DNA of 64,000 nt from Kofleriaceae bacterium. Its GTDB lineage: Bacteria; Myxococcota_A; Polyangia; Haliangiales; Haliangiaceae. The stretch is from contig JBKJLC010000016.1 of NCBI GenBank assembly GCA_046597055.1, positions 28,111 through 92,110 of the forward strand, read 5' to 3'. The translations under genes were made by a program, and so were the position numbers. Below, piece after piece: positions 1 to 9,110 of the stretch (positions are counted from its first letter, which is position 1; every line of letters starts with the position of its first letter). The notes under the pieces were generated by a model. That model saw nothing but the letters and a program-made list of their open reading frames with translations, was not told where the DNA came from and did no database searches.

Positions 1-521
1 CGATCGAGCTGGCGCCGCACCTCGGCGGCGGCGCGCGGGTGTCGCGACTGCTCGACGAGCGCCTGCGCGAGGCGACCGAGGGCGAGCGCCCGCTGCCGTG
101 CGACACCTGCCAGTACCGCGCGCCGATCGCGGGCGTGACCGGCGCGGTCGGCGGGGTCAAGGCGCTCCTGTGGAGCCTGCGCCACGGCTTCACCCACGCC
201 CAGGCGATGCCGCACGTGCACGCGCATCGTCCGCTGGTGAAGCACGTGCTGGTCTGCGCCAACGGCGACTGCGCCGCGCGCGGCAGCGTGCCGCTGCTGG
301 CGACCCTGCGCCGGCTGGTCAAGGACGCCGGCCGCGAGCGCGACATCCGGGTGACCCGGACCTCGTGCATGGGCCGCTGTGGCGAGGGGCCGACCGTCGC
401 GGTCTACCCCGACGGCATCTGGTACCGCGGCGTCACCGAGGCCGACGCGGCCGAGCTGGTCGACGACCACCTGCTGGGCGACCGCCTCGTCGGCCGCCTG
501 GTCGACAACATCATGCAGTAG
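1..521 (+). CDS. cbiX: 3' part of CbiX-type sirohydrochlorin cobaltochelatase fused to a thioredoxin-like [2Fe-2S] ferredoxin (5' truncated by window edge)
   Basis: Frame open from the window start (IELAPHLG...). It contains PCDTCQYR (CxxC of long CbiX) and a His-rich stretch HGFTHAQAMPHVHAH, then HVLVC-x4-C...SCMGRCGEGPTVAVYPDGIWY, the thioredoxin-like 2Fe-2S ferredoxin motif. It heads the cob cluster. Confidence 0.75.
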   Translation, partial: IELAPHLGGGARVSRLLDERLREATEGERPLPCDTCQYRAPIAGVTGAVGGVKALLWSLRHGFTHAQAMPHVHAHRPLVKHVLVCANGDCAARGSVPLLATLRRLVKDAGRERDIRVTRTSCMGRCGEGPTVAVYPDGIWYRGVTEADAAELVDDHLLGDRLVGRLVDNIMQ

Positions 522-532
522 GAGCTTCGACC

Positions 533-913
533 ATGGCATGTCACGAGATCGCCGCCCTTCGCCTGAGCCTCATGCAGGTCCTGGGCAGCACCGACGAGGC
601 CGAGCGCCAGCACGAGCTGGCCGAGCTCGGCGATGGCGCCGAGGCGCCGGGCCCGCTGCGCTCGCTGTGCAACGCGCGCGACCTGGCGACCGTCAAGCAC
701 AGCTACCAGGCCGCGATCGCGGCGCTCGAGGAGCGGGTGTCGGGGACCTCGGCGGCGGATGCCGACCTGCCCTACCTGCGCACGCTGGTGGTGCTGACCA
801 AGAAGGTCGAGCTCGAGCTGGGCCGCCAGATCGACGGGCTCGCCCACCTGTCGCGTGACCTCGAGGAGATGCACGACTTCGTCCACGAAATATACCCAGG
901 GGAGTCGACCTGA
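533..913 (+). CDS. DUF3209-like protein of cobalamin clusters
   Basis: GGAG RBS then ATG at 533. N-terminus MACHEIAALRLSLMQVLG resembles the DUF3209 proteins of cob clusters (recalled, not searched). Confidence 0.65.
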   Translation: MACHEIAALRLSLMQVLGSTDEAERQHELAELGDGAEAPGPLRSLCNARDLATVKHSYQAAIAALEERVSGTSAADADLPYLRTLVVLTKKVELELGRQIDGLAHLSRDLEEMHDFVHEIYPGEST

Positions 914-1647
914 TGGCGACCGCCAAGACCGCCCACCTGTCCGAGACCCGGACGCTCGGCCCCGACACCCGCCTCTTGGCGCTGGTCACCGACGAGCCGC
1001 TCGGCTTCGTCGGCGGCCAGTACGTCATCATCGACAGCGGCCAGGTCCTGCCCAGCGGCAAGGCGATCAAGCGCGCGTACTCGATCGTCACCCGCGACGA
1101 CGATCAGCGGCGGTTCGAGCTGGCGGTCATGCGCATCCCCGATGGCCCGTGCTCGGGCTACGTGCACGGGCTGCCCGACGGCCACCCGATCACGTTCAGC
1201 GGCCCCTGGGGCAAGTTCTACCCGGCGGAGGGCGCCACCGGCCCGACCCTGGTGCTGGCGACCGACACCGGCATCACCGCCGCGCTCGGGCTGATCGGGT
1301 CGACCCGCTTCCGTCCGCTGCTCGGCCAGACCGTGCTGATCTGGCTGCGGGTCGCGCCCGACTACTTCGTGCCCGACCAGTTCGTGCGCGACCGCATCCC
1401 GGACGGCTGCGGCGAGGTCCGCATCGAGACCCTGCCCGCGATCGGCCATCCCGACCGGCTCCCGCACGCCCGCGCCGTGCTGCAGGCGGTGACCGCGCGG
1501 CCCGGCGCCGGCCTGGCCCAGGCCTTCATCGCCGGCGACGGCGCGGTCAACTACGCGCTGCTCGACGATCTGGTAGCCGCCGGCGTGCCGGTCAGCCGCG
1601 ACAACGTGGACTCGTTCTTCAACATGCCGAAGAAGACCTCGGCATGA
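913..1647 (+). CDS. FAD-binding ferredoxin-NADP reductase-like oxidoreductase
   Basis: GGQYV, RAYSI (RxYS flavin motif), GPCSGY, SGPWGKF and ATDTGIT (a variant of GTGIAP). TGATG overlap with the upstream gene. Confidence 0.8.
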   Translation: MATAKTAHLSETRTLGPDTRLLALVTDEPLGFVGGQYVIIDSGQVLPSGKAIKRAYSIVTRDDDQRRFELAVMRIPDGPCSGYVHGLPDGHPITFSGPWGKFYPAEGATGPTLVLATDTGITAALGLIGSTRFRPLLGQTVLIWLRVAPDYFVPDQFVRDRIPDGCGEVRIETLPAIGHPDRLPHARAVLQAVTARPGAGLAQAFIAGDGAVNYALLDDLVAAGVPVSRDNVDSFFNMPKKTSA

Positions 1648-1665
1648 CCGCCCGAGGTCTCGATC

Positions 1666-2772
1666 ATGGAAGCGCGGGTTCCCCCCAGAGACAAGAAGGG
1701 CCTGCGCACCGGCTTCACCACCGGTGCGTGCGCGGCCGCGGCGGCCAAGGCCGCCACGCGGTGCCTGGTGCAGGACCTCGTGCTGACCGAGATTGAGACC
1801 ACCCTGCCCAACCGGGCCCGGGTCAGGTTTCCGCTGGCCCGCTGCGAGCGGGTCGGCGCCCGGGTCACCTGCAGCATCATCAAGGACGCCGGCGACGACC
1901 CCGACTGCACCCACGGCGCCGAGCTGATCGCCGAGGTCGAGCTGTGCAGCACGCCCGCGATCGAGATCCGCGGCGGCACCGGCATCGCGACCGTGACCCG
2001 CGCCGGGCTCGGCCTCGAGGTCGGCAGCCCCGCGATCAACCCGGTGCCACGCCGCAACATCACCGAGATGGTGACCGAGGAGCTCGCGCACGGCGCGGCC
2101 CGCGGCGCCATCGTCACGATCAGCATCCCCGACGGCGTCGAGCGGGCGCTGCAGACCACCAACGCGCGCCTCGGCCTGATCGGTGGGCTCTCGATCCTCG
2201 GCACCTCCGGCATCGTCACGCCGTACTCGACCGCGGCCTGGAAGGCGAGCGTGGTCCAGGAGATCGACGTCGCCGCCCACGGCGGCCAGCGCGTGATGGT
2301 GCTGACCACCGGCGGCAAGTCGGAGCAGTACGCGATGGCGCTGTTCCCCGAGCTGCCCGCGCACGCGTTCATCCAGGTCGGCGACTTCATCGGCGTCGGC
2401 CTCCGGCAGTGCGCGCGGCGCGGGGTCGAGCGGGTCACCGTGGTCGGCATGATCGGCAAGCTGTCGAAGATGGCCAACGGCCGCATGCAGACCCACGTCG
2501 CCGGCGCCGAGGTCGACCTGGAGTCGCTGGCGGTCCTGGCCGCCGAGCTCGGCGGGACCGACCAGCTGCTCGCCGCGATCCGCGGCGCCAACACCGCCCG
2601 CCACGTGCTCGAGCTGTGTCGCGCCGCCGGCCTGGTCGGCATCACCTCGCTGGTGTGCCGCAAGGTCGTCGAACAGTGCCGCCGCCACACCGGCGGCAGC
2701 CTCGCCGTGCACGCCCGCCTGGTCGACTTCGGCGGCGGCTTGCTCGGCCAGCACCCGGAGACCGACTCATGA
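1666..2772 (+). CDS. cbiD: Cobalt-precorrin-5B C1-methyltransferase CbiD
   Basis: LRTGFTTGACAAAAAKAA, IKDAGDDPDCTHG, PAINPVPR, NARLGLIGGLSILGTSGIV. Confidence 0.95.
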   Translation: MEARVPPRDKKGLRTGFTTGACAAAAAKAATRCLVQDLVLTEIETTLPNRARVRFPLARCERVGARVTCSIIKDAGDDPDCTHGAELIAEVELCSTPAIEIRGGTGIATVTRAGLGLEVGSPAINPVPRRNITEMVTEELAHGAARGAIVTISIPDGVERALQTTNARLGLIGGLSILGTSGIVTPYSTAAWKASVVQEIDVAAHGGQRVMVLTTGGKSEQYAMALFPELPAHAFIQVGDFIGVGLRQCARRGVERVTVVGMIGKLSKMANGRMQTHVAGAEVDLESLAVLAAELGGTDQLLAAIRGANTARHVLELCRAAGLVGITSLVCRKVVEQCRRHTGGSLAVHARLVDFGGGLLGQHPETDS

Positions 2773-3422
2773 ACGACATGCGCCAGATGACCGCGTTCGG
2801 CCGCAGCATCGAGGATGGCAGCTTCGCCATCGTCGACCGCGAGGCCGGCGCCCACGACTTCGGGCCCGACGAGTGGCAGGTGGTCCGGCGGGTGATCCAC
2901 GCCACCGCCGACTTCGAGTTCAAGACGCTGATGCGGCTGCACCCCGACGCGGTGCGCGCCGGCGTCGCGGCGCTGCGGAGCGGCTGCCCGATCCTGGTCG
3001 ACGTGCGGATGATCGCGGCCGGCCTCAACCAGGCCCGGCTCGACGCCCACGGCTGCGCGGTCCACGCCTACATCTCCGACGACGACGTGATCGCGGCCGC
3101 GCAGGCCCAGAACACCACCCGCGCGATCGAGTCGATCCGCAAGGCGCACCGGCTCGGCGTGCTCGAGGGCGCGATCGTGGCGATCGGCAACGCGCCGACC
3201 GCGCTGCTCGAGGTGGTGCGCCTGATCCTCGAGGACGGCGCCCGCCCGGCGCTGGTGATCGGGGTGCCGGTCGGCTTCGTGTCGGCGGCCGAGTCCAAGG
3301 AGGCGACCCTGACCCTGCCGACGCCGTTCATCGTCGCGCGCGGTCGCAAGGGCGGCAGCCCGATCGCGGTCGCGATCATCCACGCCCTGCTGCTGCTGTC
3401 GGCCACCCCGGAGCCGGCGTGA
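2769..3422 (+). CDS. cbiC: Precorrin-8X methylmutase CbiC/CobH
   Basis: RRVIHATADF, AIGNAPTALL, IGVPVGFVSAAESK, GRKGGSPIAVA; ATGA overlap with cbiD. Confidence 0.95.
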   Translation: MNDMRQMTAFGRSIEDGSFAIVDREAGAHDFGPDEWQVVRRVIHATADFEFKTLMRLHPDAVRAGVAALRSGCPILVDVRMIAAGLNQARLDAHGCAVHAYISDDDVIAAAQAQNTTRAIESIRKAHRLGVLEGAIVAIGNAPTALLEVVRLILEDGARPALVIGVPVGFVSAAESKEATLTLPTPFIVARGRKGGSPIAVAIIHALLLLSATPEPA

Positions 3423-4669
3423 CCGCCGGACGCGCGGTCGCGCTGGTCGGCATCGGCGACGATGGCTGCGTCGGGCTCACCAGCCGGGCGCTGAGCGCGG
3501 TCAGCCGGGCCGGCGTGCTGGTCGGGGGCGAGCGCCAGCTGGCGTTCTTCCCGCAGTTCGCCGGCGAGCGGATCGTGCTGCGCGGCGGGCTGGCGGCGAC
3601 GCTCGATCGGATCGCCGAGCTGGCCGAGGACCGCAACGTCTGCATCCTGGCCTCGGGCGACCCGCTGTTCTTCGGGATCGGCCGGCTGGTGATCGCGCGG
3701 CTGGGCGCGGCCCATGTCGAGGTCATCCCGCAGCCGAGCTCGGTGCAGCTCGCGTTCGCCCGCGCCGGCCTCGACTGGGGCGACGCCGCGTTCCGGTCGG
3801 TGCACGGGCGACCGCTCGACGGCTTCGTCACCCGGCTGGCCCGGGTGGCCAAGGTCGCGGTGCTCACCGACGACGAGCACTCGCCGGCGCGGATCGCGAC
3901 GCGCATGCTCGAGTACGGCGAGGCCGGCTGGACCGCGTGGGTCGGCGAGCGCCTGGGCGGCCCCGACGAGCGCGTGCGCGCGTTGTCGCTGGCCGAGCTG
4001 GCGGGGCTCACCGACGTGCATCCGCTCAACGTCCTGGTCCTGGTCCGGACCGACCCGGCCTGGCGCGCCCCGCCGACGATCCCGTACCTGCACGAGGACG
4101 CGTTCGCCCGCCGCATGCCGAAGAACGGCCTCATCACCAAGCGCGAGGTCCGGCTGCTGACCCTGGCCGCGCTCGGCCTCCGGCCCGACAGCGTGGTCTG
4201 GGACATCGGCGCCGGTTCGGGCTCGGTGTCGATCGAGGCCGCGATGCTCGCGCCCGAGGGCCAGGTCTACGCGATCGAGGTCGACCCCGAGGGGGTCGCG
4301 CTGTGCCGCGAGAACGTGCGCGCCCATCACGTCGACAACGTGCACGTCATCGCCGGCCGCGCCCCCGAGGCGCTCGACGGGCTGGCGGATCCCGACGCCG
4401 TGTTCGTCGGCGGCAGCAAGGGCAGCATGGCCGAGATCGTGGAGGTCGCCCTGACCCGCCTGCGCCCGGACGGCCGGCTGGTGGTGAACGCGATCACGCT
4501 CGAGAACGCGAGCGAGGTCTACCAGGCGCTGCGCGGGCGTGGGCTGGTGCCCGAGGTCACCCTGCTCCAGGTCTCGCGCGCCGAGCCGCTCGCCCGCTAC
4601 CTGCGCTACCAGGCGCTCAACCCGATCCAGATCTTCGCGGTGACCAAGCCGGCCGTGGAGGCGCCGTGA
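3419..4669 (+). CDS. cbiET: Bifunctional precorrin-6B C5,15-methyltransferase CbiE/CbiT (CobL)
   Basis: VGIGDDG, LASGDPLFFGIG, ITKREVR, WDIGAGSGSVSIE, FVGGSKG; GTGA overlap. Confidence 0.93.
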   Translation: MTAGRAVALVGIGDDGCVGLTSRALSAVSRAGVLVGGERQLAFFPQFAGERIVLRGGLAATLDRIAELAEDRNVCILASGDPLFFGIGRLVIARLGAAHVEVIPQPSSVQLAFARAGLDWGDAAFRSVHGRPLDGFVTRLARVAKVAVLTDDEHSPARIATRMLEYGEAGWTAWVGERLGGPDERVRALSLAELAGLTDVHPLNVLVLVRTDPAWRAPPTIPYLHEDAFARRMPKNGLITKREVRLLTLAALGLRPDSVVWDIGAGSGSVSIEAAMLAPEGQVYAIEVDPEGVALCRENVRAHHVDNVHVIAGRAPEALDGLADPDAVFVGGSKGSMAEIVEVALTRLRPDGRLVVNAITLENASEVYQALRGRGLVPEVTLLQVSRAEPLARYLRYQALNPIQIFAVTKPAVEAP

Positions 4670-5442
4670 CGACCTACGGCACCCTGTACGGCGTCGGGGT
4701 CGGGCCCGGCGCGCCCGACCTGCTCACGCTGCGCGCGCTCGAGCTGTTGCGGCGGACGCCGGTGCTGGCGCTGCCGCGCAGCTCCGACCACGGCGCGTCG
4801 ATGGCATGGCAGATCGTGCGGCCGACCCTGGGGCTGATCGCCGGCCAGGAGCGGCTGTTCCTGACCTTCCCGATGAGCAAGGACCCCGACCGGCTGCGAC
4901 CGGCCTGGGACCGGGCGTTCACCGCGATCGGCGCCCACCTCGAGGCCGGGCGCGACGTGGTGTTCGCCACCGAGGGCGATCCGTCGCTGTTCAGCAGCTT
5001 CATCTACCTGGCCCAGGAGGCGCCGCGGCGCTGGCCCGGCATCCGGGTCGAGATCGTCCCCGGGGTCACGTCGATCACGGCGGTGCCGGCGGTCACCGGG
5101 ATCCCGCTCGCCGACGGTCAGGAGCGGATCGCGATCGTGCCGTCGACCTATGGCCTGGCCGACCTGGCCGACCTGCTCGTGCGGTTCGACACCGTGGTCC
5201 TGATGAAGCTCGGCGGCGAGCTGCCGCACATCATCGCGACGCTGGAGCGCGCCGGGCTGCTCGACCGCGCGGTGTACGTGTCGCGCGCGACCATGCCCGA
5301 CCAGCGCATCGAGCGCGACCTGCGCGCGGTCACCGCCGCGCGCGGCGACTGCTTCGCGATGGTCGTGGTCTCGCGCAAGGAGCACAGCGGCCTGCTGGCC
5401 GGCACCGTGCCGCTGCGGGCGGTGCCGGCGGTGCACGCGTGA
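4666..5442 (+). CDS. cbiL: Precorrin-2 C20-methyltransferase CbiL/CobI
   Basis: LYGVGVGPGAPDLLTLRA, TEGDPSLFSSF, VPGVTS, VVLMK. Confidence 0.92.
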   Translation: MTTYGTLYGVGVGPGAPDLLTLRALELLRRTPVLALPRSSDHGASMAWQIVRPTLGLIAGQERLFLTFPMSKDPDRLRPAWDRAFTAIGAHLEAGRDVVFATEGDPSLFSSFIYLAQEAPRRWPGIRVEIVPGVTSITAVPAVTGIPLADGQERIAIVPSTYGLADLADLLVRFDTVVLMKLGGELPHIIATLERAGLLDRAVYVSRATMPDQRIERDLRAVTAARGDCFAMVVVSRKEHSGLLAGTVPLRAVPAVHA

Positions 5443-6599
5443 CCGCCGGGCGGCGCCCGATGGCGATCCACGCCATCACCAAGCACGGCATCGGCATCGC
5501 GGCCCGGATGCTCGAGGCGTTCCCGGCCGCGGACCTGTACGTGTCCGAGAAGCTGCGCGCGAGCGCGCCGGCGGTGGCCCACCCGATGCCGCTGCCGATG
5601 GGGCCATGGCTGGCCGACACCTTCGGCGGCTACGACTGCCACGTCTTCATCATCAGCGTGGGCGCGGTGGTCCGCATGGTGGCGCCGCTCCTGCGCGACA
5701 AGAAGGTGGATCCAGCGGTGGTGTGCGTCGACGACGACGCGCGGTTCGCGATCTGCGTGCTGTCGGGCCACGTCGGGCGCGGCAACGAGCTGACCGGCCG
5801 GGTCGCGACCGCGCTGGGCGCGCAGCCGGTGATCACGACCGCCTCCGACGTCCGCGGCACGCTGACCGTCGACATCCTGGGCCGCGAGCTGGGCTGGACG
5901 CTCGACGACGACGACCGCAACGTCACCCGCGGCTGCGCGGCGGTGGTCAACGCCGCCCCGGTCATCTTCGTGCAGGAGGCCGGCGAGCCCGGCTGGTGGC
6001 CGGAAGACCGGGCGCTGCCGCCGGGCGTGGCCTACACGACCGCGCTCGACGAGGTCGATCCGGCCCGGGTCGAGATCGTGCTGATCGCGACCGACCGCGA
6101 GCTGCGCGAGTCGCACCCGGCGCACTGGGCCAACGCGGTGATCTACCGACCGAAGAGCCTGGTGGTCGGCCTGGGCTGCGATCGCGGCGCCGATCCGGCG
6201 ATGGTCGAGCGCGGCTTGCAGGCGATCCTCGGCCGCCATGGGTTGTCGCCGGCGTCGATCAAGTCGATCGCCACGATCGACCTGAAGCACGACGAGCCGG
6301 CGCTGATCGAGCTGGCCGCGCGCTTCGGCGGGCTGCTGACCACGTACACCGCCGCCCAGCTCGACGAGGTCCCCGGCATCGAGAACCCGTCGGAGATCGT
6401 GAAGCGCCACGTCGGCACCCGCGCGGTCGCCGAGCCGGCGGCGCTGCTGGCGGCCGGCGCGACCCGGCTGCTGGTCGCCAAGCAGAGCTACACCGAGCCC
6501 GGCGCCGGCCGATCGATGACCGTCGCGGTCGCGCGGATCCCGTTTCCGTCCCGGCGGGTGCCGCCGGCCGCCACCCCTACCGTCGGAGGCGCGTCATGA
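5439..6599 (+). CDS. cbiG: Cobalt-precorrin-5A hydrolase CbiG
   Basis: GAVVRMVAPLLRDKKVDPAVV, LSGHVGRGNEL, VITTASD, VGLGCDRG, AVAEPAAL. Confidence 0.93.
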   Translation: MTAGRRPMAIHAITKHGIGIAARMLEAFPAADLYVSEKLRASAPAVAHPMPLPMGPWLADTFGGYDCHVFIISVGAVVRMVAPLLRDKKVDPAVVCVDDDARFAICVLSGHVGRGNELTGRVATALGAQPVITTASDVRGTLTVDILGRELGWTLDDDDRNVTRGCAAVVNAAPVIFVQEAGEPGWWPEDRALPPGVAYTTALDEVDPARVEIVLIATDRELRESHPAHWANAVIYRPKSLVVGLGCDRGADPAMVERGLQAILGRHGLSPASIKSIATIDLKHDEPALIELAARFGGLLTTYTAAQLDEVPGIENPSEIVKRHVGTRAVAEPAALLAAGATRLLVAKQSYTEPGAGRSMTVAVARIPFPSRRVPPAATPTVGGAS

Positions 6600-7480
6600 C
6601 CGAGGGCCAAGGCATCCTGTACGTGGTCGGCATCGGGCCGGGTGCGCACGCGCACGCCACGCCGGCCGCGCTGGCCGCGATCGCCGACGCCGACGTCATC
6701 GTCGGCTACACGACGTACATCAAGCTCGTCCGCGAGCTGATCGTGGGCAAGGAGGTCATCCGCACCGGCATGACCGAGGAGATCGGGCGCGCGCGGGCCG
6801 CGGTCGAGCGCGCCCGCGACGGCGCGAAGGTCGCGCTCATCTCGTCGGGGGATCCCGGCGTGTACGGCATGGCCGGGCTGGTCTTCCAGGTGCTGCGCGA
6901 GCTCGGCTGGAAGCGCGGCGAGTCGCCCGAGCTCCGGATCATCCCGGGCGTGACCGCGCTCAGCTCGTGCGCGTCGCTGGTGGGCGCGCCGCTGGTCCAC
7001 GACTTCTGCGCGATCTCGCTGTCGGATCTGCTCACGCCGTGGCCGGTGATCGAGCGCCGGCTCGAGGCCGCGGCGTCGGCCGACTTCGTGATCGGCCTGT
7101 ACAACCCGGCCAGCGGCCGGCGCACCCGCCAGATCGTCGCGGCCCAGGAGATCATCCGGCGCCATCGCGAGGGCGCGACCCCGGTCGCGCTGGTGAAGAG
7201 CGCGTACCGCAAGCTGCAGGACGCGGTCGTCACCGATCTCGATCACTTCCTCGAGTACGAGATCGGGATGCTGACCACCGTGCTGGTCGGCTCGACCAAC
7301 ACCTACCTGTACGAGGGCTACATGGTCACGCCGCGCGGATACACCAACAAGTACACCGCCGACGGCGTGGTCCGGCCCGGCCAGCGCCCCGGCTACTCGC
7401 TGGTGCTCGGCGATGCGATGGCTGCGGCCACGGCCGCGGCGTCGGCGGGCGCGGTCCCGGCGTCGGGCGAGGCCGACTGA
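6596..7480 (+). CDS. cbiH: Precorrin-3B C17-methyltransferase CbiH/CobJ
   Basis: VVGIGPG, SSGDPGVYGMAG, GAPLVHDFCAISLSDLLTPW, YNPAS, MVTPRGY. Confidence 0.95.
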   Translation: MTEGQGILYVVGIGPGAHAHATPAALAAIADADVIVGYTTYIKLVRELIVGKEVIRTGMTEEIGRARAAVERARDGAKVALISSGDPGVYGMAGLVFQVLRELGWKRGESPELRIIPGVTALSSCASLVGAPLVHDFCAISLSDLLTPWPVIERRLEAAASADFVIGLYNPASGRRTRQIVAAQEIIRRHREGATPVALVKSAYRKLQDAVVTDLDHFLEYEIGMLTTVLVGSTNTYLYEGYMVTPRGYTNKYTADGVVRPGQRPGYSLVLGDAMAAATAAASAGAVPASGEAD

Positions 7481-7893
7481 TGGCGTACGTCGGACGCATC
7501 GCGGGCGCGCTGCTCGCCGAGACCGGCGGCGCCTACTACCTGGTCGGCAACACCAAGACGCCGTGCGACTGGGCGGCGGCCGGCTTCATCGCGCCGGTGA
7601 CCATCGACGCGCTGACGCGGCCCTGGCTCCGGCTCGACGTGACCGGTGCACCGACGCTCGGTGCGCCGCGCCTCCTCGTCGACGTCGAGGGCGAGGCGCT
7701 CGGCCGCCTGCTCGCCGACCTGTTCTTGATCCCGCGCACCGGCTCGGTCAGCGAGCGCCTGTGGCGCCTGGTGACCGGCCAGCGCGACGAGGACGACGAA
7801 CCGGTCCCCGACCCCATCGCGGCCCGCTGGCTCGGCGAGATGCCGGGTCCGGTCTGGCAGGTCGTCCGCGACACCATCCTGCGCTGCAGCTGA
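7480..7893 (+). CDS. Hypothetical protein (137 aa) embedded in the cob operon
   Basis: TGATG coupling to cbiH and stop 8 nt before cbiF. Trp-rich, with codon usage like its neighbours; no motif recognised. Confidence 0.75.
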   Translation: MAYVGRIAGALLAETGGAYYLVGNTKTPCDWAAAGFIAPVTIDALTRPWLRLDVTGAPTLGAPRLLVDVEGEALGRLLADLFLIPRTGSVSERLWRLVTGQRDEDDEPVPDPIAARWLGEMPGPVWQVVRDTILRCS

Positions 7894-7901
7894 GGAGAAC
7901 C

Positions 7902-8693
7902 ATGCGCGTCTACATCATCGGTGCCGGTCCCGGCGATCCCGAGCTGCTCACCCTGCGTGGTGCCCGGCTGATCGGCACGTGCCCGGTCGTGCTCTACACC
8001 GGCTCGCTGGTGCCGCGCGAGGTGCTGGCGCACGCCCGCCCCGACGCGCAGGTGCTCGACTCGGCGTCGATGACCCTCGATCAGATCCTCGCGGTCATCG
8101 TCGCCGCGCGCGACGCCGATCACGACGTGGCCCGGGTCCACACCGGCGACCCCAGCGTGTTCGGCTCGACCGGCGAGCAGATGCGCCGCATGGACGAGCT
8201 CGGCATCGCCTACGAGATCGTGCCGGGCGTGTCGTCGTTCACCGCGGCCGCCGCGGTGCTCGGACGCGAGCTGACCCTGCCCGAGCTGAGCCAGACCATC
8301 ATCATCACCCGCGCCGAAGGCCGCACGCCGATGCCCGATCGCGAGAAGCTCGCGGACCTCGCACGGCACGGCGCTACTCTGGCGCTGTTCCTCAGCATCA
8401 CGCTGCTCGACGACGTCATCGCCGCGCTGGTCCCGTCGTACGGCGAGGACTGCCCGGTCGCGGTGGTGCACAAGGCGACCTGCCCCGATCAGCAGATCGT
8501 CCTCGGCACGCTCGCCGACATCCGCGGCAAGGTCGCGGCCGCCCGCATCCGCACCCAGTCGATGATCCTGGTCGGCCGGGTGCTCACCGCGACCGACTTC
8601 GCCAGCTCGCGCCTCTACGACCCGGCGTTCACCCACCGCTTCCGCCGCGGCACCTCGCACCCGCGCAAGGACAAGGCCCCCCGTGCCGAGTGA
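7902..8693 (+). CDS. cbiF: Precorrin-4 C11-methyltransferase CbiF/CobM
   Basis: GAGGAG RBS; IGAGPGDPELLTLRG, YTGSLV, RVHTGDPSVFG, ELTLPELSQTIIITR, SRLYDPAFTHRFR. Confidence 0.95.
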   Translation: MRVYIIGAGPGDPELLTLRGARLIGTCPVVLYTGSLVPREVLAHARPDAQVLDSASMTLDQILAVIVAARDADHDVARVHTGDPSVFGSTGEQMRRMDELGIAYEIVPGVSSFTAAAAVLGRELTLPELSQTIIITRAEGRTPMPDREKLADLARHGATLALFLSITLLDDVIAALVPSYGEDCPVAVVHKATCPDQQIVLGTLADIRGKVAAARIRTQSMILVGRVLTATDFASSRLYDPAFTHRFRRGTSHPRKDKAPRAE

Positions 8694-8737
8694 CCGCTGC
8701 GCGCGCGTGTACCGGCCGACCGCCGTCCCTCGCTCTC

Positions 8738-9088
8738 CCGTTCGTCCTGACACGGTTGCTCGACATCGCCTCGGCGAAGCGCGACTGCCGAGATCCGTTC
8801 GTCCTGAGCCCGAGCGAGCGCCAGCGAGCTCGGGGTCGAAGGACGCCCTGCCGACCGTCAGCGGGGCGCCCTCGGACTCCCGGCCATGGTCTCCCGGTGT
8901 CCTCGAGCGAAGCCTCGCGCAGCGAGCCGACGTCGACGACAAGCCCGTCGAGGGCCACTGGCTAACACCCTGGACGTCGGCCCTTCGACATGGCGCCTTC
9001 GGCGCCGGCTCAGGGCCACCGGGCACGGGGCGCGCGCTCGATCACGTGGCGAGTCGTGATCGGAGGGCGAAGCGCGGCGTCGAAGGGC
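8738..9088. repeat. Cluster of REP-like palindromic elements (CCGTTCGTCCTGAG...GTCGAAGGACG family)
   Basis: CCGTTCGTCCTGA at 8738 and 8795. Full unit at 8795-8845 with an internal hairpin (cccgagc/gctcggg). Inverted unit ggcccttcgac...gctcagggccaccgg at 8979-9022. The same core recurs at 37171. Confidence 0.75.
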
Positions 9089-9110
9089 GCCATGCGGCCG
9101 GTGAACCGAC

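Noticed and set aside
8694..9110. Possible cobalamin riboswitch inside the cob cluster (contains GCCACTG)
   Set aside because: Lacks the GGGAA...GGTG.AA.TCC core and the B12 box; better explained by REP-like units
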